DNA of 64,000 bases from Nitrosopumilus sp. (lineage in GTDB: Archaea; Thermoproteota; Nitrososphaeria; Nitrososphaerales; Nitrosopumilaceae), in contig OZ244732.1 in assembly GCA_965219345.1 (NCBI GenBank), positions 352,001 through 416,000 of the forward strand. The letters run 5' to 3'. The translations under genes were made by a program, and so were the position numbers. This document shows positions 31,523-41,910 of the stretch, in pieces. How positions within the stretch are numbered: the first letter of the stretch is position 1; every line of letters begins with the position of its first letter. Below the pieces are notes generated by a model. That model was not told the DNA's origin. It did not search any database and saw only the letters and a program-made list of their open reading frames with translations.

Positions 31523-32305
31523 TCATTTTAATTTTTTTACCAATTCTTTCAATGAAATAATCTCATGTTCATCTAACATTTTCTTTATTTGTTCTTTGAG
31601 ATCATCAGACATTGAAAAACAAAGACCTTCAGTACACAATTTTGTGTCAAAAACACCTTCCATAGCTTCACTTCGTAATTCAGTAAGTTGATGTAGATCA
31701 CCTTCACTTCGTTTTAGAATTTCTAGTTGAATGCTTTGCTTGAATCCTCCTATTTCCTCATAAGCTTTTTCCTGTTCACTAGGTGAGAATGTTTCTGCAA
31801 GTTTTGATAAAGCTCCAATTCCTGTTGGCCCGTCTGATGTTGTTAGTTTATCTTGTAATGTGGAAGAAAGATTTAGAAGAGTCAAATATTTTTTTATTGT
31901 AGAAACAGAAACTCCAGTTTCTCGTGCAACTTTTGTATAATCATTATATTTTTCATAAATTGTTTTATAGGCTTTAGCTTTATCGAGTGGATTCATATCT
32001 GCACGTTGAACATTTTCAATAAGAGAAATTATTGTTGCATCTGTATCATTTATGTCAGATCTTATGATTGCCGAAATTGTATTTAAGCCAATTTTTTTAC
32101 TAGCAAGAAATCTTCTCTGTCCAGCAATCAAATCATATTTTCCATCTTTACTCTTTCTTACCATAATTGGATTTAGAAGTCCTTTTTCTCTAATACTATT
32201 TGCTAAATCATCCAAACTCGTTTCTTCGGTTCCTGCTCCTAAATCTTTTCTAGTGTTAAATTCAGATATGTTAATTTCACTAAGACTCAACTCTTTGATA
32301 TCCAT
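31523..32305 (-). CDS. ParB/RepB/Spo0J family protein
   Basis: LANSIREKGLLNPI, IAGQRRF, ENVQR, HTH. Confidence 0.9.
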   Translation of the reverse strand: MDIKELSLSEINISEFNTRKDLGAGTEETSLDDLANSIREKGLLNPIMVRKSKDGKYDLIAGQRRFLASKKIGLNTISAIIRSDINDTDATIISLIENVQRADMNPLDKAKAYKTIYEKYNDYTKVARETGVSVSTIKKYLTLLNLSSTLQDKLTTSDGPTGIGALSKLAETFSPSEQEKAYEEIGGFKQSIQLEILKRSEGDLHQLTELRSEAMEGVFDTKLCTEGLCFSMSDDLKEQIKKMLDEHEIISLKELVKKLK

Positions 32306-32512
32306 ACACGAAATTAAGCTATAGTGATTTAAAGTTAAATTATTTTTGATTTTTTATAATTTTATGCCTAATTATAGTCGGAGTGTCAATGTGATCTGAC
32401 AAATCGTCCGCCCAGATTCAAAATTCTCATTAGGAGCATTGTTACTTTGGTTCAAATCTCTCTCAAAATGTAGAATTGTTTGGATTAGAACCAATTTTTC
32501 TAAATTTAGATT

Positions 32513-32704
32513 CTATTTATCAACAGGATGAGTTTCAATAGCACTCTTGAGTTGATCAAGTAGATGTATATCATCAAGATATTTTATAATCGCAGTTTTT
32601 GCCAAGTCAGATTTACTAGAAAAAAGCCCCATTTCCACTGTATTTTTAACAACCTCAGAAATTCGTTTTGGGAGAGTAACTTTGATTATTTCCCCTTCAG
32701 TCAT
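32513..32704 (-). CDS. Ribbon-helix-helix (CopG-like) protein
   Basis: IKVTLP...GLFSSKSDLAKTAI. Confidence 0.75.
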   Translation of the reverse strand: MTEGEIIKVTLPKRISEVVKNTVEMGLFSSKSDLAKTAIIKYLDDIHLLDQLKSAIETHPVDK

Positions 32705-32867
32705 CTAACATTTATTTCCATAATGATTTAAATATGTACCCAATATAGGTCTAATATAGTCATATTAAGACCCTTATTAGGTACTGATAAATATTGTGAA
32801 TGGTTACATAGTCAATTAACAACAAAATTGAGCTTTGAAATGAAAAAACAAAATTTGGAAGTTTGAT

Positions 32868-33902
32868 ATGATGTTTAATTTAACTAATAAGGTTCTCTGT
32901 GGAGATTCATCAAAAATTCTTAAAAAAATTCCTGATAATCATGTAAATTTGATATATCTAGATCCACCCTTTTTTGCTGAACGTATATTCGAAGCTAAAG
33001 GAAAACACGGGAAAATTAATTCGTTTTCAGATATATGGGATCGTAATCTAGACTCTTATCTTGATTCAATGATTGAGGTTTTACAAGAATGTCACAGAAT
33101 TTTGAATGATACTGGTTCGTTATACCTTCATTGTGATTGGCATGCAGTACATTATCTAAAAGTAGAATTAGACAAAATATTTGGAAGAAAGAATTTCCAA
33201 AATGAAATTATTTGGAGGAGGCATAACGTACATAATAATTCTCGACATGGAACAAAGTCTTTTGGCCGTGTACATGACTCTATTCTGTTCTATTCCAAAT
33301 CAAAAAAATATACCTGGAATCCAATATACCAACCTTATTCAGAAAAATATGTGAAAAAAACATACAGACATGTAGAACCAGAAACTGGAAGATTATATGC
33401 ACTAGGAGATTTGTCAGGTCCGGGAGGTAGGTCAAAATCTAATCCTAGGTACAAGTTCATGGGATTTACCAAATATTGGAGATATTGTGAATCAAGCATG
33501 AAACGATTACAGAAAGAAAATAGAATTAGTCAAAGTAAACCAGGAAATGTACCTCTGTTGAAAAGATATCTAGATGAAATGCCTGGAATTATACTTCAAG
33601 ATGTATGGGACGATGTTCAAAGCGTCCAGGTTTCAAAGAAGGAACATGTAGGATATCCTACACAGAAACCTGAAAGATTACTAGAACGAATTATTCAAAT
33701 TTCAAGTAATGAAAATGATCTTGTTCTGGATGCATTTTTAGGCAGCGGAACTACAGCTATAGCAGCAAAAAATCTAGGGAGAAATTTCATAGGTATAGAT
33801 TCAAACAAACAGGCATGTAAAATTGCTAAAATGAGAATTAAAAAACGTAAACAAAATTCAAATGTAATATTGAAACCCATGATTTTACCTAAAAACAGAT
33901 GA
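32868..33902 (+). CDS. DNA amino-methyltransferase (N6-A/N4-C, beta class)
   Basis: DPPF motif IV precedes YPTQKP and DAFLGSGTT motif I. Confidence 0.92.
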   Translation: MMFNLTNKVLCGDSSKILKKIPDNHVNLIYLDPPFFAERIFEAKGKHGKINSFSDIWDRNLDSYLDSMIEVLQECHRILNDTGSLYLHCDWHAVHYLKVELDKIFGRKNFQNEIIWRRHNVHNNSRHGTKSFGRVHDSILFYSKSKKYTWNPIYQPYSEKYVKKTYRHVEPETGRLYALGDLSGPGGRSKSNPRYKFMGFTKYWRYCESSMKRLQKENRISQSKPGNVPLLKRYLDEMPGIILQDVWDDVQSVQVSKKEHVGYPTQKPERLLERIIQISSNENDLVLDAFLGSGTTAIAAKNLGRNFIGIDSNKQACKIAKMRIKKRKQNSNVILKPMILPKNR

Positions 33903-34811
33903 TAATTCTTTTTTTCTTTCATAGAATTCTTTAAAATCATCTTCAGTTTGTAATGCATCTAAATAACTAGCTGATTGTTCTAATTCATAATATTCAGATT
34001 CAGGTATCAATTTATGTTTGAGTTCAAAATCTTTTAGCAGACCTTTTAATTTTTCAAATAATTCTAAAAATTCTTTATTTTTTGATTTTGATTTTTTCTT
34101 AAATTCTTGTTTATTTGCTAGCGTATATCCGTATTCATAGTCAGATTTTTTTGAAATTACACATAATTGCATTGCAGCAGAAAGTTGTGATATCAAAGTT
34201 TCACCGAGTTCATCACGAAATTTTTTTCTTTTATCTACATCATCAAGTGAATTTGTGATTGATTCTACAGTATATTGTAAATCACGTATTGAATCACGTA
34301 TCTTTTCCCATTGAACATATTCTCTTCCTTTAATATCCACAATTATTTTGTGGAATTCTTCTGCACTTAATGCAAGAATTGAATCATTTGCTATTTGGTT
34401 TTCAAGTTTTTTTCTTTTTGCATCAGATAGTGTAGATGATGAATTTTTTGAATAAATTGAAACTAAATATCTTAGATCTCTTTTTCGGAATCGATTATTT
34501 TTACCATCTCTAAATCCTGCATACTTACAAATTTTTAAGAAATATTCCTTCTCTTGAAAACTAATTACCCAATCATAAGCGTAATCTGACCAGGATTTTT
34601 TCTTACCCAAAATTTTCCAGTCAAAATCTCTAACAATTTTCCTGTTTTGTTCACCTGAATTTTTAGTAATTCCTATGATTTCTTTAACTAATAATCCAAG
34701 TTCCCAAATCTTATGTACGTCTCTAAATTCTGTTATAGTTCCAACCACTGTTGTATTTGATTTAATATCTTCTAAAATAGAAGTTATCTTATCACTATCA
34801 GATTTTTTCAT
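33885..34811 (-). CDS. Hypothetical protein coupled to the ATPase gene
   Basis: 308-aa ORF; ATGA overlap with the upstream gene. Confidence 0.75.
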   Translation of the reverse strand: MKKSDSDKITSILEDIKSNTTVVGTITEFRDVHKIWELGLLVKEIIGITKNSGEQNRKIVRDFDWKILGKKKSWSDYAYDWVISFQEKEYFLKICKYAGFRDGKNNRFRKRDLRYLVSIYSKNSSSTLSDAKRKKLENQIANDSILALSAEEFHKIIVDIKGREYVQWEKIRDSIRDLQYTVESITNSLDDVDKRKKFRDELGETLISQLSAAMQLCVISKKSDYEYGYTLANKQEFKKKSKSKNKEFLELFEKLKGLLKDFELKHKLIPESEYYELEQSASYLDALQTEDDFKEFYERKKELSSVFR

Positions 34812-36907
34812 TCTTCTTCTTTTTTATGTAAGAAAAATTTGTATTTTGCTTCCCAAAATATTCGATCTTTTTCATCAGGATCTAAATCTTTTGCACATTT
34901 TTGTATTACATGCCACAAATATGATTCTTGAATCAAATGTTCCTGTTTTATTGAATATACTTTTGTTTCATATTTTTTAGAAGATTTTCTATCTTCTTCA
35001 TAGTCCAAATAGATTTCATGTTGTTCATTAATCAAGACTTTGTAATTTGATTCATCCCATTTTGACATATTTCGATCAAATTTTCCTCTATAGGTATCAA
35101 GACCTGGACCAACAAATGATTTTTTTCTAATCCTTCCATCTTTACTTCCCAAATTTGGATTAACCAAAACTGTTTTTGTAGATCTTCCATCTTCAGATGG
35201 AAGAGTAACTTCTTTCCTTATCACTTTCTGAAATTCTTCATCTTCTGTACTTTCTTCATCTGTAGTTTTAGTAGTTGTATCCACTTTTTTCTTGTGTTTC
35301 TTCTTCTTATACAAAATGACTGTTTTAATTCCTTCTTTAGTTACTTTCCCTTCATTTTCTGTACCATCAATATTTGAGATTTTTTCGATATTTTCATCAC
35401 CTGCATCTGAACTTGAAAACATATCACCTAATTCTCCAGTATCAATTAAATCAAATTTAATATCGGACATTTGGTTTTTTAGAAATGATTGAACCTGTAA
35501 ACTAAGTTTATCATTTTCTTCTGATTTATCACTGGCTCTAAAAGCATCTTCATAATCTTTTACCTGAGGAGCTAGTTCTTTTTCAAGAATTATATCCATA
35601 TGAGCATAAAATTGTGTTAATTCCTCACCAGGTTTTGGAGACAATCTTAATGAATCTGGGTTAAGAAAGTTTGCAACTACGTAGCCAGTAACATATGGAC
35701 TTCTTAAAACCCGCTTATTCTCAAAATGTTCCATTTTATGGATGATGGAGTTTCCTAATGGTCTATTTCCAACTAAAAGAAATGGAGATTTGTAAGTATG
35801 ATAATAGTTAGGTGATGCTTGATACAGTTGTATTTGTAAAGTTCCAATCACTTCTTTTGTATAAGGATTTTTAATTTCACGATCAGGAATATCATACAAT
35901 TCTAATTCTTCCATAACTCCCTGTTCGTTTTTTGCTTCAAATTCACGTACAGGAATACATTGCAAATTTTTATTTATTTTTAAATTAATTTTTAATATTT
36001 CTTTTTCAAGTGGTACTCTAAAATGATGTTGTATTCTTTCAAAAATTTTGATTGGGTCTTTGATAAATTCTTTAAATTCCCCTTCTAACCAATTAGAAAA
36101 AATTGCAATGGTCCCATTCTCTGCATTTGAATATTTTTTAAATTTATCGTTTTTAATTGGTTCATAATTAGTTTGAATTGCAGTTTGAACTTTTTTTGAA
36201 TTTTGATTTAATTTTTTAAAAGTTTGTCTAGTCTTTCCTTCAAAAACTGTTTCCCATATGTCTTCTTTAGATAAAGAAAGTTTTAAACATCTTCCATCAA
36301 TTCTATGTTTTTTTGCAATCTCTAATTTTTCTTTAGAAGTAAGATGATTCCATTCAGATTTATTTACTTCTGATCTTAATGTAATGTAAGTCAAAGTGGT
36401 TGCAAATCCTCTAAACCCCTGTAATCCTCTTCCATACTGACCTATTTGGTGAGACTCTCCAGACTTTCGACTTTTTAGTGGATTCTTCATAACATGTACA
36501 GGATCAACCATCCCAGAACCATTATCTTTGATAATTAATTTTTCAAAATCCTTATCAATTATAACATCAATTTTTCCTGGATACTTTTTTAATTTTTTTA
36601 TTTTCATTAGATCTTCAATTGCATCAATTCCATTTTCTACATGTTCAGTTAACATTAAACCCGCACCACCATGAGCACGGAATGCATCACCAACACTATC
36701 TAACGCTGCTTTGACTTGACTAGGATCAGTTAATTGTACTTCAAAATTTCCTGAAAATTCATTTTTAATTGTTGAAGAAACAGATTGTATGTGTTGTGTT
36801 GTAGAACGATTTTTGCAATTAGGGCAAATCGGTCTACTAAATTCTGTAGGATTACATTTGAATTCTTTTTCACAAAAAATACAAAATGCATCTAATTTCT
36901 GACTCAT
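34808..36907 (-). CDS. GHKL (MORC-like) ATPase with N-terminal zinc ribbon
   Basis: CIFC..CPNC; EHVENGIDA, DNGSGM, GQYGRGLQG, GT motifs. Confidence 0.82.
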   Translation of the reverse strand: MSQKLDAFCIFCEKEFKCNPTEFSRPICPNCKNRSTTQHIQSVSSTIKNEFSGNFEVQLTDPSQVKAALDSVGDAFRAHGGAGLMLTEHVENGIDAIEDLMKIKKLKKYPGKIDVIIDKDFEKLIIKDNGSGMVDPVHVMKNPLKSRKSGESHQIGQYGRGLQGFRGFATTLTYITLRSEVNKSEWNHLTSKEKLEIAKKHRIDGRCLKLSLSKEDIWETVFEGKTRQTFKKLNQNSKKVQTAIQTNYEPIKNDKFKKYSNAENGTIAIFSNWLEGEFKEFIKDPIKIFERIQHHFRVPLEKEILKINLKINKNLQCIPVREFEAKNEQGVMEELELYDIPDREIKNPYTKEVIGTLQIQLYQASPNYYHTYKSPFLLVGNRPLGNSIIHKMEHFENKRVLRSPYVTGYVVANFLNPDSLRLSPKPGEELTQFYAHMDIILEKELAPQVKDYEDAFRASDKSEENDKLSLQVQSFLKNQMSDIKFDLIDTGELGDMFSSSDAGDENIEKISNIDGTENEGKVTKEGIKTVILYKKKKHKKKVDTTTKTTDEESTEDEEFQKVIRKEVTLPSEDGRSTKTVLVNPNLGSKDGRIRKKSFVGPGLDTYRGKFDRNMSKWDESNYKVLINEQHEIYLDYEEDRKSSKKYETKVYSIKQEHLIQESYLWHVIQKCAKDLDPDEKDRIFWEAKYKFFLHKKEEE

Positions 36908-37259
36908 TTAGTTCCCTCCAAGCAACCATATTCACGTTCAACTTGATTAAAAATTGGATCTACAGACTCACATCTGATAGAAAATAGAGTATTCAATAGA
37001 ATTCCTCCATGTCTTCTTCTATTGGTTTTTTCATAGATTCAATTGCCTCATCTTTTACTTTGTGATAATCACATAAATCAACTTCAAATCTGTAAAATAA
37101 TCCATCAAGGCCCCCACTTAGTGATAGTAGAAATTCAGCAATTTGTTCAGGTGGTAATCTGAAAATAGTACTGATAATTTCTGATCCACTTTGATAGTCA
37201 TGTTCTAGTAAAGAATACATGAAATGTCTTGATATGTTTGGAATTAGATTACTAAACAT
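36904..37259 (-). pseudogene. About 118-aa first gene of the ATPase operon, frameshifted in an A6 tract
   Basis: Adding one A at 37026-37031 extends the 88-aa ORF to a TGA overlapping the ATPase ATG. Confidence 0.55.
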
Positions 37260-37376
37260 GTTTATCTTCCCAATATTCCTTTAAGCAATCTGAATTCCAG
37301 GAAAACACATCTAGTATTGAATGGCACACACGACACATAACTATAATAATATAAATAATTTAAGTGATGTCTTTTT

Positions 37377-38504
37377 ATGCGTCTCGTTCATCTATCTGAC
37401 ACACACTTAGGATATTCAGCCTACAACAAAACAGATTCTAGTGGAATCAACCAAAGAGAAGCAGATGTCTATTCAGCATTTAACGAGATAATCGAATACA
37501 TACTCAAAACTAAACCTGATTTGGTTATTCATTCAGGAGACCTTTTTGATAGCGTAAGGCCATCAAACAGGGCGATTCATGAGGCATTTAGACAACTTGT
37601 GAGACTCTCTCGTGCAGAAATTCCAACGGTTGTAATCTCTGGCAATCATTCAACACCAAGACAAAAAGCAACGGGTTCTATTTTTCGTCTTTTAGAATTT
37701 CTTGAATATATCTATCCAGTTTTTGAAGGCGAGTATAAAACATTAGAAATTGGAGATGCAAAAATTCATGCAATTCCTCACCCTTACAATGAAGAAATGT
37801 TTGAGAAAAACTTTAGCAAAAGTAAACTTAAGGCTGATAAGAAATTTCTCTATAACATTCTTGTTACTCATGCAACAGTAATTGGTGTTACGGGTTTTGC
37901 TGGTGCTGAATTTAAAGAATTATCAATACCGCCAAGTGTATTATCAAAAGAATTTGATTATATTGCTCTAGGACATCTTCACAAATTCATTAAAGTTTCA
38001 GATAACGCTTACTATTCAGGTTCACCAGAAAGATTAAGTTTTGGTGAAGCAAATTACAAAAAAGGTTTTCTTGACGTTACCCTCGATAATCTACAAGTAA
38101 AACACATCAAAACAAATGCTAGAGAAATGGTTGACATAAAACCAATTGATTGTTCTAATCTTGATGCAACACAAGTAATGAGAGAAGTTGAAAATTCAAT
38201 ACCTTCAGGTATATCTGGAAAAATAATACGTCTTATATTCCAAGACATACCACATCACGTTTACTCATCTCTTGATTTCAAAAAAATCGATGATATTACA
38301 TCCGAAGCATTACATTGTGATAAGCAGTTTAAAAAAAAATCTGCAATTGGAAATGTTGTAGAAGCAAGCAGTATTGGAGCATTGGGAGAGGAATTCATAT
38401 CTTTTGTCAAAAATCAACAGATTGCACCTAGTCTTCAAAAGAAATTACAAAAGAAAGGCCTAGAGTATTTGGAAGATGCCCTACAAATGGTGGAGGAAGA
38501 TTAG
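37377..38504 (+). CDS. mre11: Mre11/SbcD metallophosphoesterase nuclease
   Basis: SDTHLG, SGDLFD, GNHS, ALGHLH, YSGSPER. Confidence 0.93.
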   Translation: MRLVHLSDTHLGYSAYNKTDSSGINQREADVYSAFNEIIEYILKTKPDLVIHSGDLFDSVRPSNRAIHEAFRQLVRLSRAEIPTVVISGNHSTPRQKATGSIFRLLEFLEYIYPVFEGEYKTLEIGDAKIHAIPHPYNEEMFEKNFSKSKLKADKKFLYNILVTHATVIGVTGFAGAEFKELSIPPSVLSKEFDYIALGHLHKFIKVSDNAYYSGSPERLSFGEANYKKGFLDVTLDNLQVKHIKTNAREMVDIKPIDCSNLDATQVMREVENSIPSGISGKIIRLIFQDIPHHVYSSLDFKKIDDITSEALHCDKQFKKKSAIGNVVEASSIGALGEEFISFVKNQQIAPSLQKKLQKKGLEYLEDALQMVEED

Positions 38505-40928
38505 ATGATTATCCATTCTCTGAAACTGAAAAACTATAGAAAATACAAAGATGAATTTATAGAATTTCCAGAAGGTCTATTTGGAATTGTAGGAAATAAT
38601 GGTGCTGGAAAAACTTCACTAATAGAAGCACTAGCATGGGCAATTTATGGAACGAAGGGATCAAAAACGGAAAAAGAACTGATAAAGCGAGAAGAGGCCG
38701 ATCTTGACTCTGATTGTAGCGTAGAACTTGAATTTACACTGGGTTCTGATTCCTATCGTGTTTTGCGAGAACTTAGAGGGAGAAGACAAACTGCTTATTC
38801 AGCCCTTATCATGAACAACCAGCCCCAAGTAGAGGGAATAAATGCTGTAACACAGTATCTTTCTAATAAACTTGGAATGGACTATAATTCCTTCTTTACG
38901 TCCATTTTTACAAAACAAAAAGAACTTGATGCACTTTCTGACCTAACACCAGCAACAAGAAAGAAAAGAATACTAAAACTTCTTCGTATAGATAGTATCG
39001 ATGTTGCTATTAAGAAGTTGAGAGCAGACAAGAAAGATAGTGACAAGATAATAGAAGGAATAAAAGTAACTTTCCAAAACATTGATGGACTAAATTCTAA
39101 ACTAGATAATCTAAAGGAAGATAAGATAGTAAAAAGTAAAAATGTAAAGTTAGAAACGAATGCAGTAACACAAGCAAAAGATAAGAGAGTAAAAGTAAAG
39201 AAACTTAGAGAGTTACAGGAAAAAAAATACACACAATATCAATTACTCGATAAAAAACTAAAAGTTTATGAAAACACTAAATCATTGAAAACAAAAAACC
39301 TTAGAGAAAATGAAACTGAATTAAAAGAATTACTAGATGCAAAGATGGATGTAACAAAAATTTTACCAAGACTTAAACTATTAAAATTGATAAAAACAAA
39401 AAAAGAAAATCTTGATGCACTACGTGAAAAGTTCTTACAAAAATCTGTATTTGAAGATCAAATAGAAGAGATCGATAAAAGTATAAGTGAATTAAAGGAA
39501 GACAGGATCAAAGTATTAGATAAACTAAAAAAATCAAAAGGACTTGATGCACAACAAAAATCCATTGAAAATAAAATACAAACACATGATAAAGAATCAA
39601 AAGAACTTCTGAAAAAAGTAGAAAGAAAAAAAGAATCAGTAAGAGGATACAAAAATCAAAGAAAAGAACTGAAGGATGAATTTGGAAAAATCGAAAAGTT
39701 AGGCCCTCGAAGCAAGTGCCCTACATGTAAAAAAACAATAGGAGATGATTTACCTCAAATCATTAAACATTTTAAAAATGAAATTGAAAAGTTTAATGCT
39801 AAAATCAAGTCTGGGACTGCATTAATTGGTAAATTATCTGAGATTCATAATAAATCAATTGAATCATTAGAAGAGGCAAAACGGGAAAAGAGGACGTTGG
39901 ACAATCTGATAAAGCAAAAGGTAAAGAATCTTGAAGCAAAAACCAGCCTAGATAGGCAATTAAAGAATGAAGTCAGGCAAAAACAGAAAATTCAGGAGAA
40001 AATCATCAAAATTGGAAAGGTAAAGTATGACAAAAACGTGCATTCTAGAATCAAGAAACGATTAGATGAACTCATTGACCTAGACAAACAGCGTATTTCC
40101 CTCAAAGGTATGGTATCACGTATTCCTTCTGTAAAAAAGTCAATTAATTTATTGAAAACTGGTCTTTCAAAGATAGAAGCCAATATTGATGAAGTTTCAA
40201 AATCCATAAAGTCATTATCGTTTAATGAAGAACATTACCAAAAAACTAAGAAAGAGTATGACGATGCTAATAATAATTTTCACGAAAAAGAAAAAGATCT
40301 CATTAACGCAAATAACGAATTAACTACAAACTTGCAAGAAATTACTAACACTGTTAAACAGATTACAGAAGAGAAAAACAAAAGAAAGAAAATAAAGAAA
40401 GAAGAAGACAAAATTGAAGTTCTAAATATACTTGACAAGATATTTGGGGATTTCCGAATTGAATTAATTTCAAGAATAATTCCAATTCTTTCTGTTAGAT
40501 CTTCAGAACTCTTTAGAAAAATTACCGAAGGAAAATATCCAAGTATAACGCTTGATGAAGACTATGAAATTCTGATAGAAGATGAAGGCAAACGATTCCC
40601 ATTACATCGTTTTTCAGGTGGTGAAGAAGATCTTGCTAGTCTTTGTCTTAGAATAGCAATATCTCAAGTAATAAAGGAGAGAACGGGTTCGGAAGGAATT
40701 AACTTCATTGTACTTGACGAAATATTTGGAAGTCAAGATGAAACAAGAAAGAACAACATTCTCAAGGCATTAAATGATATCTCCTCACAGTTTAAACAAA
40801 TTATTGTAATAACTCATGTAGATAATGTGAAAGATATGTTGCCATATGCATTCAATGTAATTGAAACATCTGATAAGTCAAGTAAAATAATTTCTGAAGG
40901 AACTCTTAGTTTGTCTTTAACTGCATAA
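38505..40928 (+). CDS. rad50: Rad50/SbcC SMC-family ATPase
   Basis: GNNGAGKT Walker A, coiled coils, CPTC zinc hook, FSGGE signature, LDE Walker B, ITH. Confidence 0.93.
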   Translation: MIIHSLKLKNYRKYKDEFIEFPEGLFGIVGNNGAGKTSLIEALAWAIYGTKGSKTEKELIKREEADLDSDCSVELEFTLGSDSYRVLRELRGRRQTAYSALIMNNQPQVEGINAVTQYLSNKLGMDYNSFFTSIFTKQKELDALSDLTPATRKKRILKLLRIDSIDVAIKKLRADKKDSDKIIEGIKVTFQNIDGLNSKLDNLKEDKIVKSKNVKLETNAVTQAKDKRVKVKKLRELQEKKYTQYQLLDKKLKVYENTKSLKTKNLRENETELKELLDAKMDVTKILPRLKLLKLIKTKKENLDALREKFLQKSVFEDQIEEIDKSISELKEDRIKVLDKLKKSKGLDAQQKSIENKIQTHDKESKELLKKVERKKESVRGYKNQRKELKDEFGKIEKLGPRSKCPTCKKTIGDDLPQIIKHFKNEIEKFNAKIKSGTALIGKLSEIHNKSIESLEEAKREKRTLDNLIKQKVKNLEAKTSLDRQLKNEVRQKQKIQEKIIKIGKVKYDKNVHSRIKKRLDELIDLDKQRISLKGMVSRIPSVKKSINLLKTGLSKIEANIDEVSKSIKSLSFNEEHYQKTKKEYDDANNNFHEKEKDLINANNELTTNLQEITNTVKQITEEKNKRKKIKKEEDKIEVLNILDKIFGDFRIELISRIIPILSVRSSELFRKITEGKYPSITLDEDYEILIEDEGKRFPLHRFSGGEEDLASLCLRIAISQVIKERTGSEGINFIVLDEIFGSQDETRKNNILKALNDISSQFKQIIVITHVDNVKDMLPYAFNVIETSDKSSKIISEGTLSLSLTA

Positions 40929-41910
40929 AAAATATAATATTTTGATCGAGTTATTATGTAATTACTTAGCAATTTAACTACTAGAAAATCATTAGTTATT
41001 ACATGTTTTATGAATTTAAAAATAAAAGATTAAGACAGGTAAGAATGGAATGGATCTACATACATTCGAAGTAGAAAATTTACTTTTAGATTCAAATTAT
41101 ACTTTTAAAGCATTAGAAACGGTTGCAGGAAATGAAAAACTTCAATTTCCAATACTCTCGAAAATTGGGATTAACTCATCAAGTGTATGATAGTAAGAAT
41201 GAACACCAAAAGATGTGTGCTCATCTATGTAATAGCCAATTCCCGCCTGATAATGATATGATTCATACAAGTGCAGGATTATCTGCACCAAGAGTTGTGC
41301 CAACTGAAATAACATTGATTACTCTAACTTGAAATTTTTAATAAGATAAAATTTAATATAATTTAGATTATTAATTGATGTAAATGCATTCATTTATTGT
41401 AATACTTGTGGATTTTCTGTAATTTTTAATTTGAATAAAGCAGATGCAATTATACATCAAATTCAAGTATTATTACATAACAAGAAATTAGATCTCGCAA
41501 AAAGAGATAACCACTCCAGTAAAATCTATGTGATACACAAGTGGCTTGCAGGTCAGTATCTAGATACGGTTTATGTGGAACAAAACTTTCTAGGTAAACG
41601 TAAAAAAATTGGATACTATGATATTTGATCTAGAAAGTTTAAGGTACAAAATTACAATATTAATGTGCAAATGATTCAAGCTTTAACTAGTATGAAATTA
41701 GATGATGATGAGATAAGAACACAAAGCATACTAGAGGAATTTGTCTAGTGTTTAGTTGATTTTTGATGTGAGGAAACTAGACATTTTTTGGCTGTGATAA
41801 TTTTAATTGATGTCACATAAATTCCTTTTATACAAGTTTAAAAAACATTAATTTTTTTATAATATTAATAAAGTATTGTTACTACTAGACAATTAGGGTA
41901 AAGAAAAACA

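Noticed and set aside
32372-32512. Readthrough of the RHH gene TAG into a further 46 open codons
   Set aside because: The RHH domain is complete at 63 aa and the extension has no motif; plausible by chance
40930-41900. Short ORFs at 41123-41332 and 41431-41628
   Set aside because: No motifs and stop-riddled; probably degraded DNA that I cannot assign
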